Virus record (IMG/VR): IMGVR_UViG_2778261501_000002
Coordinates: 1 to 22,667 of that record
Length of the DNA: 22,667 nucleotides
From: a virus
Lineage: Duplodnaviria; Heunggongvirae; Uroviricota; Caudoviricetes
Strand: one strand, 5' to 3'
Part shown: in pieces, positions 17,295 to 22,667 of the stretch
Position numbering within the stretch: position 1 is the stretch's first letter
Layout: each line of letters begins with the position of its first letter
Made by a program: the position numbers and the translations under genes
The notes under the pieces: generated by a model
Database searches by the model: none
What the model was told of the DNA's origin: nothing
Seen by the model: only the letters and a program-made list of their open reading frames with translations

Positions 17295-18028
17295 AAATGT
17301 TCTATTTCCTCGTAGATTGGTTTAAGTTTTGGATTCTTCTCTGTGTCCAGGTATCCGTTAATAAGTAGCCATCTGATTTTCGGATGTTGTGAAACTGGTA
17401 GATTCTTTTCAGGATTCTCCCATTCATCCCGATAACCCTCAAGAAAGTTTAAATTAACTGGCTCTATCTTAATATCTTTAGCTGGAATGGAGGCGGGTTT
17501 CTTCGTAGGCATTTTCTTTGGCTTCTCCGGCTTCGGATCTGCTTTGGCCTCTTCTGGCACTGACTGCTGTTTTTCTTCCTCTGGCGCTACGTCTTCTTTA
17601 GCTTTGCCAAACACGGGATGTTTCAGACAATCTACCCATTCCGGCGCGGAATCACGTTCCATCGCATTACGATCACGTTCAAAGGTGAAGTTTTGCGGCG
17701 TGAGTGGCGTTATAGTCCATTGGTTAGAGCGCTTTGGCTTATTACTGGCGATCAGTCCGATTTTCTTCAACTTTGCAACAATACGTGTTGCCGTAGCCGA
17801 GCTGACACCAATACTTGCACCAAGTTGATCAATGTCATCGTAATAAGTACCGCCCAACTCTATCGCAAAGCGATAATAACGATGGCGCATTCTGACGTAA
17901 AACTGCTTATCAGCAGGAGACAGGGACTCTGTTACGCCTGTTTTAAGATTGGTGATCCTGGTGCATTCGTTAAATGCGTCTTCGGTGTTGGTGAAACTAA
18001 AAGCCTTACTGTTTATAATGTCAGTCAT
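17288..18028 (-). CDS. HTH-domain protein (246 aa) with K/E/P-rich linker, putative regulator or replication initiator-like
   Basis: HTH segment (IDQLGASIGVSSATATRIVAKLKKIGLI), low-complexity charged linker, then a C-terminal domain. Confidence 0.5.
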   Translation of the reverse strand: MTDIINSKAFSFTNTEDAFNECTRITNLKTGVTESLSPADKQFYVRMRHRYYRFAIELGGTYYDDIDQLGASIGVSSATATRIVAKLKKIGLIASNKPKRSNQWTITPLTPQNFTFERDRNAMERDSAPEWVDCLKHPVFGKAKEDVAPEEEKQQSVPEEAKADPKPEKPKKMPTKKPASIPAKDIKIEPVNLNFLEGYRDEWENPEKNLPVSQHPKIRWLLINGYLDTEKNPKLKPIYEEIEHLC

Positions 18029-18042
18029 GTTAGGGTGTATCC

Positions 18043-18219
18043 TTATTTGGTAGAACGTTCTCCGTTCTTAATTGATGTGGAAAGTGTGGTTGCAGCGTCA
18101 ATTAACATCTCCTGCACTGTTACGCCTCTCGCTCGCGCCTCTTTGAACAAAGTACTAAACACTTCATCCGGCAGTTTTACGAATGTTCCGGCTGGTTTCT
18201 TCTTCTGGATTTCGCTCAT
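18043..18219 (-). CDS. Small ribbon-helix-helix-like DNA-binding protein (58 aa)
   Basis: AGGAG SD 7 nt upstream of ATG 18217-18219; predicted strand then helices (GTFVKLPDEVFSTLFKEARARGVTVQEMLIDAA); not in the supplied track (under 60 aa). Confidence 0.45.
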   Translation of the reverse strand: MSEIQKKKPAGTFVKLPDEVFSTLFKEARARGVTVQEMLIDAATTLSTSIKNGERSTK

Positions 18220-18237
18220 TTGGTTTCTCCTTCTGGT

Positions 18238-18486
18238 TTATTCGTTGGTGGTGGTTTCAGCCTGTTCAGCTTTCCATTGATCGTAAAGTTCGATTCCTTT
18301 ACGCAATCTTTCAGCGTGTTCGAAATATCCTTGCCGTTGTGCGGCTGCTCGCTGGCTGTTTATTGCATTTCGCGTCTGGCTTCCGGCCTTTAAAGCCTCG
18401 AAGACAAGTTCTGGATTAAAATACTTAATTTTGGTTCTCCTTGCGTTAGAAACACAGAAACACCATCCAGGGAGAACGTTAATCAC
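18238..18486 (-). CDS. Hypothetical protein, start uncertain (GTG at 18486, or in-frame ATT at 18429 behind a strong SD)
   Basis: The only strong SD (AAGGAG, minus strand at 18442-18437) sits 7 nt upstream of an in-frame ATT codon; there is no ATG/GTG/TTG within reach of it. Confidence 0.3.
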   Translation of the reverse strand: MINVLPGWCFCVSNARRTKIKYFNPELVFEALKAGSQTRNAINSQRAAAQRQGYFEHAERLRKGIELYDQWKAEQAETTTNE

Positions 18487-19164
18487 GTTGCCTGATAGTG
18501 CGGTGTAAGTTGGATTGTTTGCGTTAGGCTGGATGCCTGAGATGAGGACGGGATGAATGCTTTCATTACCCTACATCATTTACTTTAACATGAAATGATT
18601 TAAATGTCAACACTTATTTAAATCCCTTTCAAATTATAGCGCATTTCCACGTTGTGATCAACTCATTCATGTCATCATAAAACGCGGTCTATCGCTTTCT
18701 AACAGGTTTGAAAGCCTGAGAGTTGCAATCCCCTCCCTATCCTCTCAAATTCGCTCTCAGCGCGTCTGGGGCGTTCCGTTTGCGTTACCGCCGCCCTCTG
18801 GCACTTACTCCCGAAACCAATAGCACAACTACTGAGGGATAACGTTAGTTATCAGGATAGTAGGTGATGGTATTGGATTGAGGCTGGATGAACTGGAGCC
18901 ATCAGCGACCAGTGAATCCTTAGCCGTGGGCTAACTTTGCATGGATGAATGCGGAGCATGGAAGACAGGCAGAAGTTATGCTGAAAGACATTGCGCACAC
19001 GGCGCATAGCTTCTGTGCCTCGTTTCACGAGGGCGAAGCCCTGGCACAATCACAGACAGATGCGCTACGCTGCGTCGTGAGCGGCTGACCGAGTAGCCCC
19101 CAAAGGCGAATCAGGTCACTTGCCAGGCGATACGCGCCAGCAAAGCGAATCTTTAACAAGATCT

Positions 19165-19291
19165 TCTAAAAGCTCTCTTTTAGAGATCGCTTTTAGAATC
19201 TCTTTGTATAGAACATCAATTTGATGTGTAGTTTGCCGATCCATACATCAATTTGATGCGTATCCCATGCATCTATACATCATTTTGATGT
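19165..19291. promoter_or_regulatory. Operator/iteron-like repeat cluster
   Basis: Perfect inverted repeat TCTAAAAG-ctct-CTTTTAGA (19165-19184); three 13-bp palindromic repeats CATCA(A/T)-T-TTGATG at 19214-19226, 19246-19258 and 19278-19290 with exact 32-bp phasing. Confidence 0.55.
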
Positions 19292-20050
19292 ATAACGCCC
19301 CCAACTAACTCTGATTCATCCATGCAACAACACTAAGAGTAACGAGAGGTTATTCCTATCAAAACAACACGATAATCATAGCTAAGCCTATCTTAAATGA
19401 CAGGTAAAGATTGCCGTTGTTACATGGGTAAAGTTGCCATAGTCAGCAAGATAGTAACCATCACTCACTTTGCGTAAAGCCTTGCGCCATGCGGCTCACA
19501 GCGATCATTGTCCACAATGAGGAGTTTCATGACAGGTGCAATGTGCTGAACGAGTTTTCTAAAATGAAACGATGTTTCTTTTTCATGCCAAAATCCACCA
19601 ATTGATTAGCATTCTAATCATTTCATTACACACTCAGTTTCAAGTGCATAAACTCCGCATAATTTGTGCATACAGGCAGGTTAGCCCCGCCCTCGCCTAA
19701 CAACCTTACATTTATCAGATTTAAATCAATGAGATAGACAATAACCACACACAAGCATTGGTAGTGTGATGTTCCGCTGTTGCCGCTGTTCTTCGTGCAG
19801 AGTTGAGGATTTGGCAATGTTCAAACACATGTTTATAAATGCCAACATCATGATTTTGTTCAAGATATTTAGAGGAGAAGAAATTTTCGATCTGGAGGCG
19901 GCCCTGGAGGTCGTTAAGCACTGGACGCAATCGCGCCATTTACCACACACAAGACAGTTCGATTTTTGATCATTTATATTGCAACTTACTGAAATTGATC
20001 ATATTGTTTGTTTCGTTGAGTTTAGATGTGTGTCTTTATGGGAGGGTAAA

Positions 20051-20611
20051 TTGAACAGAGCAGTAGTGTTAGACGAACAGCAAGCCAAAGCGATCAGGGA
20101 GTGGCTAAACGCTCATAACAAGAGCCTGATAGCTGACGTTACGTTAATGATGCAAGCCGCTGTACTGCGTGTGGGGGATGCCGTAGCGTTACGCTTCGAC
20201 GAAGTGATCAACGGTGAGATTGACATAGAAGAACAGAAGACAGGGAAGCGTAAAGCCCTCACTCTCCCTGCTCCAGTGGTGCAGATGATTGCTCGTCGCC
20301 GTGCTGAGTATCCGCATGATGTGCATGTGTTCAGAAGCCAGCGTAACCGATCAATGAACAAGCAAGCGCCTGTACGACGCGAAGAAGTGAGCAAGCAGAT
20401 CGCAGAGGCCGCTAAAGCTATCGGTATTCATGGCACTGTATCAGCTCACAGCTTCCGCAAAGCTGGCGGGAATGCCATCTACAAGCGTTCAGCAAACAAC
20501 ATCGCTTTAGCTATGACCGTGCTTAATCACAGCAACATCACTGACACCAGGCGCTATCTGGATTTAGACAAGCAAGCCGTTAGCCGTGTGATCAATGAGA
20601 TGGACTTATAA
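20051..20611 (+). CDS. Small tyrosine recombinase, catalytic domain only (~186 aa)
   Basis: GGAGGG SD 4 nt upstream of in-frame TTG 20051 (the track start at 19979 is also TTG); motifs LRVGDAVALRF (box I Arg), HSFRKAGG and TRRY (catalytic Tyr); no N-terminal arm/core-binding domain. Confidence 0.65.
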   Translation: MNRAVVLDEQQAKAIREWLNAHNKSLIADVTLMMQAAVLRVGDAVALRFDEVINGEIDIEEQKTGKRKALTLPAPVVQMIARRRAEYPHDVHVFRSQRNRSMNKQAPVRREEVSKQIAEAAKAIGIHGTVSAHSFRKAGGNAIYKRSANNIALAMTVLNHSNITDTRRYLDLDKQAVSRVINEMDL

Positions 20612-20621
20612 GGAGATACGC

Positions 20622-20819
20622 ATGAAACGCTTGCTTGTGCTGACGCTGACAGTAATGCCAGTCCTGGCGAATGCCGGACAGATAACCCTGATTCTCAGTG
20701 ACGAACAGGAGACAGACAACGCGAAGATTTGCGTTTATTCCAACGCCAACTTTACGGAGACAGTGACGCTCAGGCCGTCGCAGCAATGCCGCTACACAAT
20801 GACCTTTGAAGAGGAGTAA
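20622..20819 (+). CDS. Small secreted/periplasmic protein (65 aa) with signal peptide
   Basis: AGGAG SD 6 nt upstream of ATG 20622; N-terminal signal-like MKRLLVLTLTVMPVLANA; two Cys in the mature part. Confidence 0.5.
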   Translation: MKRLLVLTLTVMPVLANAGQITLILSDEQETDNAKICVYSNANFTETVTLRPSQQCRYTMTFEEE

Positions 20820-20877
20820 CAATTGAAGAAGGAAGACAAGCAGATAACCAGCGTGGTCTGGTGCGGTGTATAAGTAA

Positions 20878-21357
20878 TCACTGCTTGGAATCACGTAGGA
20901 TCAGAGACAATATCCACCACCAGCGACGACGCAGCCAACTAACATCACTGAACAGCTTCCCATCAGATGTAGTAACATACACCCCTCCGCGATGATGCAC
21001 CTTATTATGGTGAGCCTTATTGATGAATGGTACTTCTAAGATCATTTCATCACGGGCTTTTAATCGGCGTGGCAACATGGGGCTGATCATGTATTCATCA
21101 CAATGTTCGTTAGAACAATCGCTAAGGCGTCCGCTGGCGGTTACTATGCCCGCCGAACTTATCGTCACATCATGGGCGCTTTTGTTGGAAACATAAATTC
21201 TGTCTTCATACTGATCGCAACCTAAGAAAAGGCGTAGATCTGTTCTGGATTTTAATAGCTGGAAAATGGATAGTGCAAACCCAGCCCATGCGGCAAGCAT
21301 GGTCAGATTATCAACATTAAGCAACCAATCTATCAAAGTTCCATCCCTTGAGAGCAA
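20878..21357 (-). CDS. Hypothetical membrane protein, start uncertain
   Basis: One predicted TM helix (LTMLAAWAGFALSIFQLL); Trp/Arg-rich C-terminus; candidate starts are TTG 21357 or ATG 21300. Confidence 0.35.
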   Translation of the reverse strand: MLSRDGTLIDWLLNVDNLTMLAAWAGFALSIFQLLKSRTDLRLFLGCDQYEDRIYVSNKSAHDVTISSAGIVTASGRLSDCSNEHCDEYMISPMLPRRLKARDEMILEVPFINKAHHNKVHHRGGVYVTTSDGKLFSDVSWLRRRWWWILSLILRDSKQ

Positions 21358-21560
21358 AGATAATTAGCAATTCCTTGATGCTGTAAGTCAGTCAATTGGA
21401 AGTAGGAATCGAGTACGATTATGACTTGCGTGGCATTATCAGCATGAACAGAACCAGGGGTATCAGGAGGAAGCGAACCATCAAGGATGGCAGTAAAGTA
21501 ACCCGATGAGATAGAGACTTTCAGGAAGCAATTGGGTAAAAATTCGTAACGTTCACTCAT
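21333..21560 (-). CDS. Hypothetical protein (75 aa)
   Basis: GAGGTGG SD upstream of ATG 21558-21560 (MSERYEF...); the track's longer 104-aa start at 21647 is less likely. Confidence 0.4.
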   Translation of the reverse strand: MSERYEFLPNCFLKVSISSGYFTAILDGSLPPDTPGSVHADNATQVIIVLDSYFQLTDLQHQGIANYLCSQGMEL

Positions 21561-21723
21561 AACCACCTCATTTTCAGATTGTTTCTGCAAAGCGTACATT
21601 ACGAATTTTATTCTTTTACCGCATTTCAAACCAAATGACAATTCCATTGAATCAGTTGAGGATTTTAACCCTCACCGAAGATAACATAACCTCAAAATGT
21701 CTATCGCTTCATTGAGGAAATGT

Positions 21724-22497
21724 ATGTCTACTGAAAATTTTGTCACCTTCTGGTTAGCCAGAGCCGATCTTCCATACTTTCTTGAACCCCATGAATTTTA
21801 CGTTTCTGAGGCAAGGCGGCGGCTTCTCTCTCAGTTTGGTGATTTAGAACAAGAAGCAGAGAAGAGAGAACAACAGTTTTTGGAGACTACTGCTGAGTAT
21901 TTTGATCAAGATAACGATGACCCAATGGCGGCCTACGAGCAAGCCTATCATGAGGGAATTTATTATGTACGGTCGCTTCTGGAGATGCAAAATACCGTAT
22001 TGTTGGCGTTGACAGCAGGTATGTATCATCAGTTTGATAAAAAACTAAGAGAACATACTATCAAAGAGCTAAGTAATTGGTGTGAAAGAGAATTGATTAC
22101 CCCCATGATCTGGAATTTAACTTTCCATCAGCTAATTGATTTGCTCGAATGGATTGGCCTCACAATCAATGGAACCGAATACGGAGAAAGGATAAAAGCC
22201 TGTAACTTGGTGGTAAACGTATACAAGCATGGAGACGGCCCTGCACATCAAACACTATCAGTTGATCATCCTGAGTATTACCCAAACCCCACCGATGTTA
22301 GAGGCACGCAGATTGTCCCTAACCATGACGATTTACATGTCTCAGAAGATCAATTTGTAGATTTTGCTAACGCAATAACTGCTTTCTGGAACGCGGTTCC
22401 AGAAAATTGTTACTACTCAGATCTTAGAGAAGAACCCAAATGGTTGGATAGAGTTGTGACAAGATTCGAAAAAAAGCATAGGGGCAATAGGGGCTGA
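21724..22497 (+). CDS. Hypothetical protein (257 aa), AT-rich cargo gene
   Basis: GAGGAAA SD 4 nt upstream of ATG 21724 (ATG 21697 is an alternative); no family recognised. Confidence 0.5.
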   Translation: MSTENFVTFWLARADLPYFLEPHEFYVSEARRRLLSQFGDLEQEAEKREQQFLETTAEYFDQDNDDPMAAYEQAYHEGIYYVRSLLEMQNTVLLALTAGMYHQFDKKLREHTIKELSNWCERELITPMIWNLTFHQLIDLLEWIGLTINGTEYGERIKACNLVVNVYKHGDGPAHQTLSVDHPEYYPNPTDVRGTQIVPNHDDLHVSEDQFVDFANAITAFWNAVPENCYYSDLREEPKWLDRVVTRFEKKHRGNRG

Positions 22498-22505
22498 TTA
22501 GCCCC
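22490..22505. terminator. GC-rich hairpin between convergent genes
   Basis: GGGGCT-gatt-AGCCCC overlapping the stop of the 257-aa gene; no clear T-run on either strand. Confidence 0.3.
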
Positions 22506-22508
22506 ATC

Positions 22509-22667
22509 TCAAAACATCAAGTTTGCAGCTCGCGCCAACTTGATTTCCTCTCGCTCTTCCTGCTTCTTAGCAAGCCAGGCTTTCCCCTCTGGTGTTGCCA
22601 GGAATTTACGGGCGTGAATCTTACGGTTGTTGCGCTTCGTGGCTGCTTTTTGGTTAGCTTTTGACAT
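22509..22667 (-). CDS. Small basic protein ORF reaching the window edge (52 aa if the ATG at 22665-22667 is the true start)
   Basis: Open frame from the window edge to TGA at 22509-22511; lysine/arginine-rich; possibly 5'-truncated by the window. Confidence 0.3.
   Translation of the reverse strand: MSKANQKAATKRNNRKIHARKFLATPEGKAWLAKKQEEREEIKLARAANLMF

Larger units (their letters stand above)
9703..18486. mobile_element. Second integrase-bearing prophage-like remnant (element B); right boundary not determined
   Basis: Integrase, lambda-like head genes, tape-measure-like gene and a regulatory operon, but no portal, terminase, tail or lysis genes. Confidence 0.4.

Noticed and set aside
17618-18280. 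220-aa plus-strand ORF
   Set aside because: Lies entirely antisense to the better-supported minus-strand RHH and 246-aa genes, which have SD sequences and coupling; Cys/Ser-rich low-complexity translation.
18852-19049. 65-aa minus-strand ORF in the gene-poor region
   Set aside because: No SD, atypical composition, isolated in non-coding context.
19214-19290. CRISPR-like array, from regularly spaced 13-bp repeats with about 19-bp spacers
   Set aside because: Only three copies, the repeats are short palindromic dyads typical of protein operators, 32-bp periodicity is too short for CRISPR, and there are no cas genes.

Overview
The window reads as a mosaic of decayed temperate-phage DNA from an enterobacterial-type genome, with no rRNA, tRNA or CRISPR array detected by eye. 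All calls come from reading the sequence and six-frame track (motifs, gene order, RBS and hairpin inspection); no database search was run, and family assignments are from memory. Element A (1 to ~9.6 kb) is an e14-like defective prophage remnant: a Pin/Gin-family invertase with a hix/gix-like site and tail-fibre fragments, a contractile tail tube/sheath pair, a truncated large-terminase ATPase, a cI/cro immunity region with operator repeats, AT-rich cargo genes, a GC-rich structured non-coding stretch, HD-hydrolase and DUF551-like genes, and a xis-int module. Element B starts 172 bp later with a second tyrosine integrase, followed by lambda-like head gene remnants (decoration-like plus gpE-like capsid), a tape-measure-like protein, a minus-strand operon of RHH/HTH proteins, a ~1.5 kb gene-poor region with phased palindromic repeats, a minimal tyrosine recombinase and AT-rich cargo of unknown function. 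No single known system stands out; the best candidates for something undescribed are the small AT-rich cargo clusters (5789-6401, 10957-11422, 20622-22497) and the structured non-coding region 6480-6900.
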